From positions 19,172 to 83,171 of the forward strand of contig DATDYZ010000001.1 in assembly GCA_035288905.1 (NCBI GenBank): a DNA stretch of 64,000 bases. Reading direction: 5' to 3'. The DNA is from Candidatus Anderseniibacteriota bacterium. GTDB taxonomy: Bacteria; Patescibacteriota; Andersenbacteria; UBA10190. The notes beneath the pieces were generated by a model, which did no database searches, had not been told where the DNA came from, and worked only from the letters and a program-made list of their open reading frames with translations. How positions within the stretch are numbered: the stretch's first letter is position 1; each line of letters starts with the position of its first letter. A program made the position numbers and the translations under genes. Positions 49,438-58,227 of the stretch are shown piece after piece.

Positions 49438-50253
49438 ATGTCAAATATTCAATATGATTTTACTGGCAAGGTAGCAATCGTAACCGGCGGAGCGTCTGGT
49501 ATTGGCAAGGCTACAGTGAAGATGTTTGCCGAAGCCGGCGCGAATGTTGTGCTGGTGGATGTTAATAAGGGTCGTGGTGAAACAGTAGCGGAGGAGCTCG
49601 GTGAGAGAGTTTGTTTTGTCTTTGCAGACGTAGCAAGAACCCGGCATGCCGAAGAGGTGGCGCAAAGGGCGATGCTTGCCTTCGGGAAGATTGATATTCT
49701 CGTGAACAATGCGGGTATCGAGTACAACGACCGAGGAAATCTTGTCACGATGCCACACGATGACATGATGCGCATTATCCAAGTGAACCTCTTCGGATAT
49801 ATCCATATGGTTCGCGCGTGCCTGCCTCATATGAATTTCGGCGGGCGTGTGGTGAACGTGAGTTCCCTGCAAGGTCTTGCAGCGGCTCTTCCAGGTACAA
49901 GTTATCAGTCTACCAAGGCAGCTATTCTTGGGATGACGAGGGCTCTGGCTATCGAATATGCGCTTGAGGGGATAACCTTCAACAGTGTTTGTCCTGGTGC
50001 TATATGTACTGAAGGAATGGGTGCGGCGCGGGCAGGAGGATCGGCATCGCTTGACCCAACTCGCAGGCGTATTCCTATGGGGCGCAGAGGGTGGCCACAT
50101 GAGGTTGCTGCGTTGATCGCCTTCTTGGCTTCAGATGCAGCTAGTTATATGACCGGTGGCGATTATGTCGTGGACGGTGGGTTGCTTATAAGCCTCAGTG
50201 CAGACGACCCGTCCAAGCCAACGCCAAATGTTTCAAACGATCCGGATCGGTAA
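49438..50253 (+). CDS. Classical SDR oxidoreductase (cassette type)
   Basis: TGGASGIG, NNAG, YQSTK (YxxxK), PG. Confidence 0.95.
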   Translation: MSNIQYDFTGKVAIVTGGASGIGKATVKMFAEAGANVVLVDVNKGRGETVAEELGERVCFVFADVARTRHAEEVAQRAMLAFGKIDILVNNAGIEYNDRGNLVTMPHDDMMRIIQVNLFGYIHMVRACLPHMNFGGRVVNVSSLQGLAAALPGTSYQSTKAAILGMTRALAIEYALEGITFNSVCPGAICTEGMGAARAGGSASLDPTRRRIPMGRRGWPHEVAALIAFLASDAASYMTGGDYVVDGGLLISLSADDPSKPTPNVSNDPDR

Positions 50254-50276
50254 GCACAGTAACAAGGTGCTCTCAA

Positions 50277-50319
50277 AGGGCTCATTGCGGAATTCAATTC
50301 TGCGTGGGCCCTCTTTTTT
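50277..50319 (+). terminator. Intrinsic terminator
   Basis: AGGGCTCA...TGGGCCCT stem followed by T-tract. Confidence 0.8.
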
Positions 50320-50321
50320 AT

Positions 50322-50351
50322 TTGACAAAGTTGGCTGTATATGTATATAAT
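50322..50351 (+). promoter_or_regulatory. Cassette promoter
   Basis: TTGACA-N18-TATAAT. Confidence 0.85.
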
Positions 50352-50479
50352 GCGAAATCGTTTGAGACCAGTGTTTTGCCTTATATATGGTGTTTTATAG
50401 GCAAAACAGTGTTCTCAAGGTGAGACCACTATGTCCCGAAACGGACATGAACGGATCTTTGACAAACAGGATAACGTAC

Positions 50480-51385
50480 ATGAAGCTCAGAAATACGGAA
50501 TTTGCGGATGTGATAGCCAGGTTTATATCAGTCCGAACAGGACTATTGGAGGACTGGGAAAAGTTCGCTGGAATCCAGGGATCAAAACAGCAGCGCGAAG
50601 GCGCAAGCACTGTATTGAAAGCAGACCTGTGGGCCGAGCAGCGGTTGGTTCCCGTTCTTCGTTACTTGTGGCCAGGTGTGCCTTTTCTCTGCGAAGAGGC
50701 AGGAAATTCCGGTCTCGCAACGCTCGTCCCAGGCATTGAACTGCTTTCGTGGGATGATGATGTCACCAACCTGCCCGACAATTTCGTCAGTGTTGATGGA
50801 GTTGACGGATCGGCACTCTATGCCAATCAGTGCTTTGAGCTCGTTGCGATGATGGCCGGTCTTGTTAAGGACGGTCGTCCAAGCGCTGGTATTGTCACGA
50901 TGCTTGATGATGGAGCAATGTATCACACTGGTGTCAACGGGCAGCCAGGTGTATTTAAGGGAGATAAGCCCCATGAAGAATGGCTTGTCCCGGTACGTCC
51001 GCTCAACAAGTGCTTGATCTGCGTCGATGACTGTGGAAGTGTGGATGAGGACTTCCGCAAACTCGTGACAAACATGTTGACGGGAACGAAAGATTTTGCG
51101 TATCCGATGAATACCCCGTCGGGCGCCGGCCCAATCAATGTGCTCAGAGGAAGAGCAGCTGCCTATGTCTCGAGTAACGCTCGAAACTGGGACCAGGTTG
51201 CAACTGCAGCTCTTTTGGGGGCGGCTGGCATGATTGTTCGGTGTTTGGACGGATCTGAAGTACCCTGGAAGCAGACTCGAATGCCGGCAGTGGTATTCGC
51301 TCGGGACGAGGAAACTTTCTGCTATATTCAGAAGCAGGCCAAGGAGTACCTCGAACTGCAGAAAAAGAAGCAGTCTGCCGCGTAA
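50480..51385 (+). CDS. Inositol monophosphatase/FIG-family phosphatase, copy 1 (cassette type)
   Basis: AD..AE, CEE, DGVDGS (variant of DPIDGT), WD..A. Confidence 0.85.
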   Translation: MKLRNTEFADVIARFISVRTGLLEDWEKFAGIQGSKQQREGASTVLKADLWAEQRLVPVLRYLWPGVPFLCEEAGNSGLATLVPGIELLSWDDDVTNLPDNFVSVDGVDGSALYANQCFELVAMMAGLVKDGRPSAGIVTMLDDGAMYHTGVNGQPGVFKGDKPHEEWLVPVRPLNKCLICVDDCGSVDEDFRKLVTNMLTGTKDFAYPMNTPSGAGPINVLRGRAAAYVSSNARNWDQVATAALLGAAGMIVRCLDGSEVPWKQTRMPAVVFARDEETFCYIQKQAKEYLELQKKKQSAA

Positions 51386-51411
51386 GTAAAAGCGCTTTAT
51401 GCGCCAACAAC

Positions 51412-51448
51412 AAGCCGATTAGATTCACCTCTAATCGGCTTTTTTCTT
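51412..51448 (+). terminator. Intrinsic terminator
   Basis: AAGCCGATTAGA/TCTAATCGGCTT stem followed by T-tract. Confidence 0.88.
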
Positions 51449-51452
51449 GCCC

Positions 51453-51482
51453 TTGACAAGTATAGTGTTTTAGATATACAAT
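51453..51482 (+). promoter_or_regulatory. Cassette promoter
   Basis: TTGACA-N18-TACAAT. Confidence 0.8.
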
Positions 51483-51610
51483 GCATAGTTCTTTTAAGGG
51501 TCATGAGGGTGGCGTTTTGTCTCGTATTTCGGGCTAAAACGGTGCTCTCACGGTGAGAATACCAGATTTCAGAAATATGATCGTTCGTTACAAATTGATG
51601 GAGTACAGTT

Positions 51611-52309
51611 ATGCGCAAGGTGATTTCTTTGAGTGACATGAATGTTTTGGGAAAAGGCGGTTGGCTCAGCCTTTACAAGCTGAGTCCAGAACAGACGGGA
51701 TTGAAGTTCAATTCTGAAATCGCCGCGAGAAATAACCAGAAGTATGGCGCAGCAAAATGTCTGCGCCTGGTTACAAACCAGTCGCTAGAGAGGCGGGAAG
51801 ATACGGATATTCAGAGCCTCTGTGCAACGCTTCGGGAAATTGGATTGGCAAACATCGCGGTTCAATTCTTGGCTGCGATCCGACCATTCACATTTTTTGA
51901 CGGACCGGGGTTGGAGCGGCTGGAGGTGAACTACCAAATCGAGTTGCCCGGTGGAATCATTGAACCCGATGAAGACGCTCGGCTGGGTGCTTTGCGGGAA
52001 GCCATGGAAGAAGGCGGAAAAGCGAAGACCATTCAGTGTGCGTCTCTTATGGTGTATAGCTCTCCGTTTGATGCGGGAAGCCATGTTGAGATGTACTCCA
52101 TTGAAACAGCGCTTGTGTATGCGGAAACACTTGCGCCACCGGCTCGAGAAGGTGTCATTCCCGAAAAGTGCGCGCTCGTTCCTTTGCTTGAAGTGCAGCA
52201 ATGGCTTCTTGGAAAAGAATGTCAGGGTATCCCGATTGAGGGATACGCCAAGACTGCGCTTGCTTTGCTCGGACTGGAACTCCACGGAGGATGGAGAGCT
52301 TTGAGCTAA
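51611..52309 (+). CDS. NUDIX hydrolase (cassette type)
   Basis: ELPGGIIEPDEDARLGALREAMEEGG Nudix box. Confidence 0.85.
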   Translation: MRKVISLSDMNVLGKGGWLSLYKLSPEQTGLKFNSEIAARNNQKYGAAKCLRLVTNQSLERREDTDIQSLCATLREIGLANIAVQFLAAIRPFTFFDGPGLERLEVNYQIELPGGIIEPDEDARLGALREAMEEGGKAKTIQCASLMVYSSPFDAGSHVEMYSIETALVYAETLAPPAREGVIPEKCALVPLLEVQQWLLGKECQGIPIEGYAKTALALLGLELHGGWRALS

Positions 52310-52343
52310 CGAGACATTCTCGTTCGTTCACATCTTTCACAAT

Positions 52344-52376
52344 AGGCGACAGATTCAAACCCTGTCGCCTTTTTTT
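52344..52376 (+). terminator. Intrinsic terminator
   Basis: AGGCGACAG/CTGTCGCCT stem followed by T-tract. Confidence 0.88.
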
Positions 52377-52377
52377 A

Positions 52378-52431
52378 TTGACAAAATAGATGACATCTTG
52401 TTAATATGCTAAGTTGGTCTTTGCCAATTTA
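52378..52431 (+). promoter_or_regulatory. Cassette promoter plus boxA-like motif
   Basis: TTGACA-N18-TAATAT, then TGGTCTTTGCCAATTTA. Confidence 0.75.
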
Positions 52432-52472
52432 CGTTACTTGATTTAGGGCTCTTTTTGAGAGAAAATGAAAGC

Positions 52473-53063
52473 ATGATTACAAAACTCATGGTGTTAGACC
52501 GCGACGGATTGCTCAACGTAGACGTTGGGTATACCTACAAAGTGGAAGATTTGAAACTTGCCCCAGGCGTTATTGAAGGCCTTACGCTTCTCAAGAGTCT
52601 TGGGTTTCGGTTTGCCATTGCAACCGGCCAGTCTGGAATTGGGAAGGGTAAGTACACCGAAGCAGACATGGACGCGTTCAATATCGCATTGCTTGCCGAG
52701 CTTGCAAAAAGCGACATTCAGGTCGACGCCGTTGCATTTTGCCCACACGACAAGGGCGAAGGGTGCAAGTGCAGGAAGCCGGGAGTTGGTATGCTTGAGC
52801 AAATTGAAGCAAAGCTTGGTCCGATCGACTGGTCAAAAGCATGGGGAAGTGGCGACAAGCCTGCAGACTCAAAGATGATTCTCGCGATGGGAGGTTCTGC
52901 GGTTCTGGTAGAAAGCGGACCACACAATAACTCGGCTGGGAAAGCGTACTGGGATGAAGAACCAGAACTTCTGAAAGAAGTCATGGGAAACCCAAGAAAC
53001 TTCGTGGCGCACGATCTTGGCGCAGCTGCGTTGGTTATTCAACAGCAGTTGGCAGCATCGTAA
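52473..53063 (+). CDS. GmhB-like HAD-IIIA phosphatase, copy 1 (cassette type)
   Basis: LDRDG, TGQSGI, CPH...CKCRKP, GD..D. Confidence 0.9.
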   Translation: MITKLMVLDRDGLLNVDVGYTYKVEDLKLAPGVIEGLTLLKSLGFRFAIATGQSGIGKGKYTEADMDAFNIALLAELAKSDIQVDAVAFCPHDKGEGCKCRKPGVGMLEQIEAKLGPIDWSKAWGSGDKPADSKMILAMGGSAVLVESGPHNNSAGKAYWDEEPELLKEVMGNPRNFVAHDLGAAALVIQQQLAAS

Positions 53064-53085
53064 TTCCAACACCAGTTGTTGGAAA
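53063..53085. repeat. Degenerate RAYT2-type palindrome
   Basis: ATTCCAACACCAGTTGTTGGAAA overlapping the TAA stop, as at 44523. Confidence 0.6.
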
Positions 53086-53098
53086 ATGAAGAACAGTA

Positions 53099-53131
53099 CG
53101 ACCGTTTGGGATTTCCCAGGCGGTCGATTTT
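53099..53131 (+). terminator. Intrinsic terminator
   Basis: CGACCGTTTGGGA/TCCCAGGCGGTCG stem followed by ATTTT. Confidence 0.7.
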
Positions 53132-53158
53132 ATATTTAAATGACTATATACTAAACGT

Positions 53159-54028
53159 ATGGAATTACAGAAAATAACAACATTATTTCAGACAACGGGA
53201 CAATTATTAATTGACGATTGGGGAAGACTTACAGGTATAGTTAGTGAAAAAGAAATACTTGAAGGATCAAGTTCCGTTTTACATGCAGATTGGATTGCAG
53301 AAAAGGCATATGTGCCTCTTGCAACAAAGTTGTGGCCTAACGTGCCAGTTTTGTGCGAAGAAGCTGGAACATCCGGAGTCGCAGATTTAATTTCAGGAGT
53401 TTCTTTGCTTCCACATGAAGATAATGTTATTGATTTGCCGTCAGACTTCATTAGTGCAGATGGAGTGGACGGTTCGGCGCTGTATGCAAATGGTATGTTT
53501 ACGTTAGTTTCTATGATGGCAGGGCTTATAAAAGACGGAAAACCTCACGCTGGGGTACTGATGGTGCTTGGTGAGAAGAAGCTGTATCACACAGGGATTG
53601 ATGGAAAGCCAGGTGTGTTTTATGGAGATCTCTCATATAATGAGTGGCGTTTGCCTGCTCGTCCTCTGAAACAGTCTTTGATAGGAACGGACGACAATAA
53701 GTCTGTTGATGCCAATTTTCGCAATCTTGTGATTAATAAATTAATGGGCAGTTCTGGTTTTAGATATCCTCTCAATATGCCCTCAGGCGCAGGGGCTCTC
53801 GCAGTTTTAAAGGGTAATCTTGCGGTATACGTAACGAGTAATGCGCGAAACTGGGACTTGGCTACCACGTCAGCACTTTGCATGGCTGCTGGTCAGGTTG
53901 TTCGTTGTTTGGACGGTTCCGAAGTGCCCTGGAATGTAGTGCGAATGCCGCCTGTCGTATTTGCTCGCGACGAAGAAACATTTTTATACGTGCACACATT
54001 AGCAAAAAACTGGCTTAACACTGTATAA
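53159..54028 (+). CDS. Inositol monophosphatase/FIG-family phosphatase, copy 2 (leaderless type)
   Basis: Paralog of 50480 (DGVDGSALYAN, SNARNWD, RCLDGSEVPW, VFARDEETF shared); TATACT 6 nt before ATG. Confidence 0.85.
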   Translation: MELQKITTLFQTTGQLLIDDWGRLTGIVSEKEILEGSSSVLHADWIAEKAYVPLATKLWPNVPVLCEEAGTSGVADLISGVSLLPHEDNVIDLPSDFISADGVDGSALYANGMFTLVSMMAGLIKDGKPHAGVLMVLGEKKLYHTGIDGKPGVFYGDLSYNEWRLPARPLKQSLIGTDDNKSVDANFRNLVINKLMGSSGFRYPLNMPSGAGALAVLKGNLAVYVTSNARNWDLATTSALCMAAGQVVRCLDGSEVPWNVVRMPPVVFARDEETFLYVHTLAKNWLNTV

Positions 54029-54048
54029 GGTCCTAGAATAGATGGTAC

Positions 54049-54077
54049 TTGACAATAGTACAATATAGGTATATAAT
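54049..54077 (+). promoter_or_regulatory. Cassette promoter
   Basis: TTGACA-N17-TATAAT, a perfect consensus. Confidence 0.88.
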
Positions 54078-54137
54078 GAACCAAGTGCTGATTTTTGGCT
54101 GTTTTTTGGCAATTTCCCTCTGAAGGAGGAAAGAGTA

Positions 54138-54770
54138 ATGACAAATCGAATTACCGATCATGTGTTTGACGCTCGAAGGGTGATGAAGTGCGTACCTGGA
54201 CTTGTCCGAACGCAATACACCGAAGCTGATGTTTGTAAGCTGCTTTCAGACGAAACGCTTGCGAGGTTGCTTCCGTCGGTTCGACAGCAGCCGGAAGTGT
54301 TGCCGCCTATTCATGTGATTCGATGCGGTAAGGAGCCAGCGATGCCTGGGGGCATCATAATTGGGGCTTCGTGGAAGATTGAACAACACCTACATTGTGA
54401 GGATTTGACATGGAGCGCTGACTCTGTGCGATTGGAAGAATTTCCTGAAAAAAAGATGATCAGGGATGATCGTCCTTGGGTTTTTCTACCATTGCCTAAA
54501 AAACCATTTGCGAACGCCAATGTTGCAAATTACCTTTTACGGCACACTCACCTGATTCCGGATTCATGGAAGATGAAAAATGACGGTGAACCTGTGGAGA
54601 TTCTGTTTCTCGGAACTCTTTTTGGGAAACATTCGGCAGCTCAACATGATGAGATGTCTACTACCTTCCACGTTCAGACGTTGTACTTTTCGCGTCGAAA
54701 GTGGAGAAGGGGGTTGATGAATTTGACTTCCTGGCGATGCGGGGCAAGTCGCGTTGCCGTCCTCACATAA
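54138..54770 (+). CDS. Hypothetical protein (cassette type)
   Basis: AAGGAGG RBS; 210-aa ORF; own promoter and terminator. Confidence 0.75.
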   Translation: MTNRITDHVFDARRVMKCVPGLVRTQYTEADVCKLLSDETLARLLPSVRQQPEVLPPIHVIRCGKEPAMPGGIIIGASWKIEQHLHCEDLTWSADSVRLEEFPEKKMIRDDRPWVFLPLPKKPFANANVANYLLRHTHLIPDSWKMKNDGEPVEILFLGTLFGKHSAAQHDEMSTTFHVQTLYFSRRKWRRGLMNLTSWRCGASRVAVLT

Positions 54771-54789
54771 CGTCTTCGTGCAAACAAAC

Positions 54790-54835
54790 GCCGATCGTGA
54801 TTGAATTATTCAATCAGGGTCGGCTTTTTTCTTTT
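54790..54835 (+). terminator. Intrinsic terminator
   Basis: GCCGATC.TGATTGAA/TTCAATCA.GGTCGGC stem followed by T-tract. Confidence 0.85.
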
Positions 54836-54857
54836 TGTTTTGCTTTTGCAAAATAAC

Positions 54858-54897
54858 CCCGCACTGCGCCCCGCGAAGCTTTAGCGTAGTGGGGTGT
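54858..54897. repeat. GCGAAGC-type mini palindrome
   Basis: CACTGCGCCCCGCGAAGCTTTAGCGTAGTGGGG; resembles the nested insert at 58888-58922. Confidence 0.65.
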
Positions 54898-54932
54898 TCC
54901 CTTTTGAGTCCGAACACCTATATAATCAATAT

Positions 54933-55757
54933 ATGAACCTCGTAATTGTCGGCGCGAAGGGAATGTTGGGAAGTATGCTTTCTACCGTATTTTCGGAATA
55001 TAAGCCGTTGCTTGTTGATAGGGATGAAATAGATATTACTAATATAGATAGTGTGCGCAGTGTGCTTCGAGAAGCAAATGCTACGCTTATTATAAACGCA
55101 GCAGCATATACAAATGTTGACGATGCAGAAACTCATACAGAAGATGCTTTTTTGGTAAATGAAACCGGGGTAAAAAATCTTGCGGAAGTTGCAAAAGAAC
55201 TTTCTGCAACGCTCGTTCACTTTAGTACGGATTACGTGTTCCCTGGTACAAATTCGGATGGCTACTTGGAAACAGATTCTCCAGGCCCTGCAGTAAATCA
55301 ATATGGCAATTCTAAACTTGCGGGCGAACGTGCACTGAAAGAAAGTGGATGTAATTTTTATTTAATTCGTACGGCGTGGTTGTACGGGTCAAATGGCAAA
55401 AACTTTGTTGATACTATGTTGAAACTAGCCGAAACAAAGAAAAACTTACAAGTGGTTGAAGATCAAGTTGGATGCCCGACGTATACGAAAGACGTTGCAA
55501 TGTATGTGAAAGTGTTACTTGATGAAAAATATCCGTTTGGAATTTACCATGCCGTAAATAGCGGGAAGGCGTCGTGGTTTGCATTTGCACAAAAGATTTT
55601 TGAATACAAAGATAACTTGCCCGTGGTAGTGAAGCCAGTTTCTTCGTCGCAGTTTCCTCGCCCTGCAAAACGCCCGGCGTATAGTATTTTGAAAAACACC
55701 AAAGGGCCAGGTATAAGAGCGTGGCAAGAAGCACTACGAGAATACTTGACGAAATAA
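54933..55757 (+). CDS. rfbD: dTDP-4-dehydrorhamnose reductase
   Basis: GAKGMLG, NAAAYT.VD, STDYVF, YGNSK, DQ.G.PT. Confidence 0.96.
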   Translation: MNLVIVGAKGMLGSMLSTVFSEYKPLLVDRDEIDITNIDSVRSVLREANATLIINAAAYTNVDDAETHTEDAFLVNETGVKNLAEVAKELSATLVHFSTDYVFPGTNSDGYLETDSPGPAVNQYGNSKLAGERALKESGCNFYLIRTAWLYGSNGKNFVDTMLKLAETKKNLQVVEDQVGCPTYTKDVAMYVKVLLDEKYPFGIYHAVNSGKASWFAFAQKIFEYKDNLPVVVKPVSSSQFPRPAKRPAYSILKNTKGPGIRAWQEALREYLTK

Positions 55758-55774
55758 CGTAGTTATACTAGTGT
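55746..55774 (+). promoter_or_regulatory. Cassette promoter overlapping the rfbD stop
   Basis: TTGACG-N17-TAGTGT. Confidence 0.5.
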
Positions 55775-55840
55775 AGCAACTAGAAATTTGTTCGTTGTCA
55801 TTTTGAAGTTTCCGTAAAAAAATAGAGAGGGAAAAAAGTC

Positions 55841-56542
55841 ATGAGCCGAAAAATTAGGGGCATCGTGTTTGATTTGGAAGGAACAATCGTTTCAGTGGAA
55901 GAGTGCCATACGGGCGGGTTCTCAGCTGCTGCGCTTTCGTATGGCATTGAGATTACTCCCCAGGAACTTCTCGAAATACCAGGGTACGTCGGCGCGGGCG
56001 ACAAGAGGGCCATTGATATGATCCTCGAGAAATTCCGCCGAGCAGACGTTGACGCTGAGGAGTTTCGCATTCGAAAGATGGAGCGCTACAACGAGCTGCT
56101 GAACGTGGCAGACATTGCATTGCGACCAGGGTTCGCCGACTTCTGTTGCCAAGCGAGCAGGCATTGGCTTCAAATTGCTATTGCGTCATTGACCCCAAGA
56201 GTTCAGGCTAACCCTTTGATTAAGAGGATTGGGCTTGAGCAACTTGTTCCAATCGAAAGGATTGTCCTTCGTGAGGACGTCACAAATGTGAAGCCAAATC
56301 CGGAAGTATTTTTGGAGGCAGCAGCACGGATCAACGTTCATCCGCGGAGCGTACTTGTGTTCGGGGATTCGGTGCATGACATGACGGCAGCAGTTGCGGC
56401 CGGTTCCGTTCCTATCGGAATGCCGTGCAATTTCAGAGATCCATTCATCGGAGACTTACTGAAAGCCGGCGCCGTAGATGTTTTTAAAGATTGGCGAAGC
56501 ATCAGATTAGAGGGATTGCTCAAAATTGTTCAGGGTTTGTAA
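55841..56542 (+). CDS. HAD-IA family phosphatase (cassette type)
   Basis: FDLEGT, KPNPEVF, GDS..D. Confidence 0.88.
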   Translation: MSRKIRGIVFDLEGTIVSVEECHTGGFSAAALSYGIEITPQELLEIPGYVGAGDKRAIDMILEKFRRADVDAEEFRIRKMERYNELLNVADIALRPGFADFCCQASRHWLQIAIASLTPRVQANPLIKRIGLEQLVPIERIVLREDVTNVKPNPEVFLEAAARINVHPRSVLVFGDSVHDMTAAVAAGSVPIGMPCNFRDPFIGDLLKAGAVDVFKDWRSIRLEGLLKIVQGL

Positions 56543-56568
56543 CAGCATTGCTGCAACTAACTCTCCTA

Positions 56569-56601
56569 AAGCCCCAACGTACATACGTTGTGGGCTTTTT
56601 T
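56569..56601 (+). terminator. Intrinsic terminator
   Basis: AAGCCC.CAACGTA/TACGTTG.GGGCTT stem followed by T-tract. Confidence 0.85.
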
Positions 56602-56644
56602 ATTGATCTTGCGAGGTATGAAAAAAGGCGGTACCGTTATTGAC

Positions 56645-57214
56645 ATGAAATATGAAAAATTATTTAAAGATCATACTCAAGAATTGCGAGAAACCATTGA
56701 TCGGTTGGATCAATACTACGAACAAGTTATAGAGGTTGCGAAGCAATTTAAAAAGGCATTTGATAGCGGAAATAAAATCTTAATTGCCGGTAATGGCGGA
56801 TCTGGCGCACAGGCGCTGCATTTATCAGATGAAATGGTGGGGCGGTATAGAAATGATAGGCAGGCGTATCCTGCAATATCGCTTACCGCAGATGGAGCGG
56901 TAATTACTTGTATTGGGAACGATTTTGGATACGACAATGTGTTCGGGAGGCAAGTCGCTGCCTTTGGACAACCAGGCGATATTTTTGTTGGCCTCACGAC
57001 TTCCGGAGCATCGGAAAATATTTTAAAAGCAGCAGCAGTCGCACGAGAGAGAGGAATGCTGATTATCGGATTTATGGGTGAAGGTGGAGTGTTTCAGGAG
57101 TTGTGTGATTTTGTGTTACAGGCGCCATCAAAGAAAAGCGCTGTTGTACAGGAAATGCATTTACACGCGATTCACTTGCTGTGTGAATTATTTGAAGAGC
57201 CAATATCAATTTAA
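56645..57214 (+). CDS. gmhA: Phosphoheptose isomerase
   Basis: GNGGS..A.H, NDFGY..VF.RQ, TTSG.S.N, QE.H. Confidence 0.95.
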   Translation: MKYEKLFKDHTQELRETIDRLDQYYEQVIEVAKQFKKAFDSGNKILIAGNGGSGAQALHLSDEMVGRYRNDRQAYPAISLTADGAVITCIGNDFGYDNVFGRQVAAFGQPGDIFVGLTTSGASENILKAAAVARERGMLIIGFMGEGGVFQELCDFVLQAPSKKSAVVQEMHLHAIHLLCELFEEPISI

Positions 57215-57224
57215 CAACTATTCT

Positions 57225-58217
57225 ATGAAACATATTTCACTAAAACGAGCGAAAGAAATTACCTCAAAGTTTAGCAGTCAAAAAGTTTTGGTCATTGGAG
57301 ATGCAATGATTGATCACTATGTGCTAGGGGTGGTACAGCGGGTGAACCCCGAAGCCCCTGTATCTCTGTTGAATGTGAAAGAAAAACGTGACATGAGCGG
57401 AGGTGCGGGTAATGCAGCGAAAAACGTTGCAACACTTGGTGCTGCCACTACCCTCCTTACGATTACCGGAGATGACCCGGCAGCATTTCGACTGAAGGAA
57501 ATTGCAGAAGCGGAACTGTATAAAGTGTACCCAATTCGAGATGGTTCTCGTCCAACTATTCAAAAGAGTAGGTATATGGCAAATCACCAACAACTGTTGC
57601 GGGTAGACGAAGAGGAAAAGCACCCGGTATCTCCTGAAATTGAAAAGCAAATAATAGCAGATATGGAGAAGTTGCAAGAAGGAATAACTGCGATTGTTGT
57701 TTCTGATTACGACAAGGGATTTATTACGCCCAATGTTGCTTCTGCTATTATTGCTATTGCTCATGATCGTTCTCTGCCGATTATTGCTGACTTGAAGGCG
57801 AATCACGTTCCGTTGTTTAAAGGAGTTACGGCTATTACTCCAAATCGAAAAGAAGCACATGAATTTCTTTCGCTTAATTGGCCAGATGAAAAAAAGCCAC
57901 CTGAATATTTAGCACAAGAACTTTCAAAGATGATGAAAAGCGATGTATTTGTAACGCTCGGAGATGAAGGTATTTACCTGCGGGATCGTGAAGGAGAAGA
58001 GTTCCATATTAATCCCGCGCGAAAAATTGAAGTGTTTGATGTGTCTGGGGCTGGCGATACGGTAGTTGCAACGTTAGCGTTATCGTATGCTTCGGGCGCT
58101 ACTGCATTTGAGGCTGGGGAATTAGCAAATGCAGCAGGTGCTGTTGTGGTAGGCAAGGTTGGAAGCGTTGCTCCTACTGTGGAAGAGATTTTAGAAATGG
58201 TTGAGTCTGAGGAATAG
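57225..58217 (+). CDS. rfaE1: Heptose-7-phosphate kinase (RfaE1/HldA; kinase half of HldE)
   Basis: GDAMIDHY, PEAPV, GGAGN, QQLLRVD, SDYDKG, DVSGAGDT. Confidence 0.94.
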   Translation: MKHISLKRAKEITSKFSSQKVLVIGDAMIDHYVLGVVQRVNPEAPVSLLNVKEKRDMSGGAGNAAKNVATLGAATTLLTITGDDPAAFRLKEIAEAELYKVYPIRDGSRPTIQKSRYMANHQQLLRVDEEEKHPVSPEIEKQIIADMEKLQEGITAIVVSDYDKGFITPNVASAIIAIAHDRSLPIIADLKANHVPLFKGVTAITPNRKEAHEFLSLNWPDEKKPPEYLAQELSKMMKSDVFVTLGDEGIYLRDREGEEFHINPARKIEVFDVSGAGDTVVATLALSYASGATAFEAGELANAAGAVVVGKVGSVAPTVEEILEMVESEE

Positions 58218-58227
58218 TCCTTCTCGT

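Noticed and set aside
49441-50100. 219-aa antisense ORF over the SDR
   Set aside because: A shadow ORF typical of GC-richer dehydrogenase genes; no motifs or expression signals.
48810-56601. Integron cassette array
   Set aside because: No integrase is present and I found no convincing paired RYYYAAC/GTTRRRY attC ends. Each unit has its own promoter and terminator, unlike typical integron cassettes.
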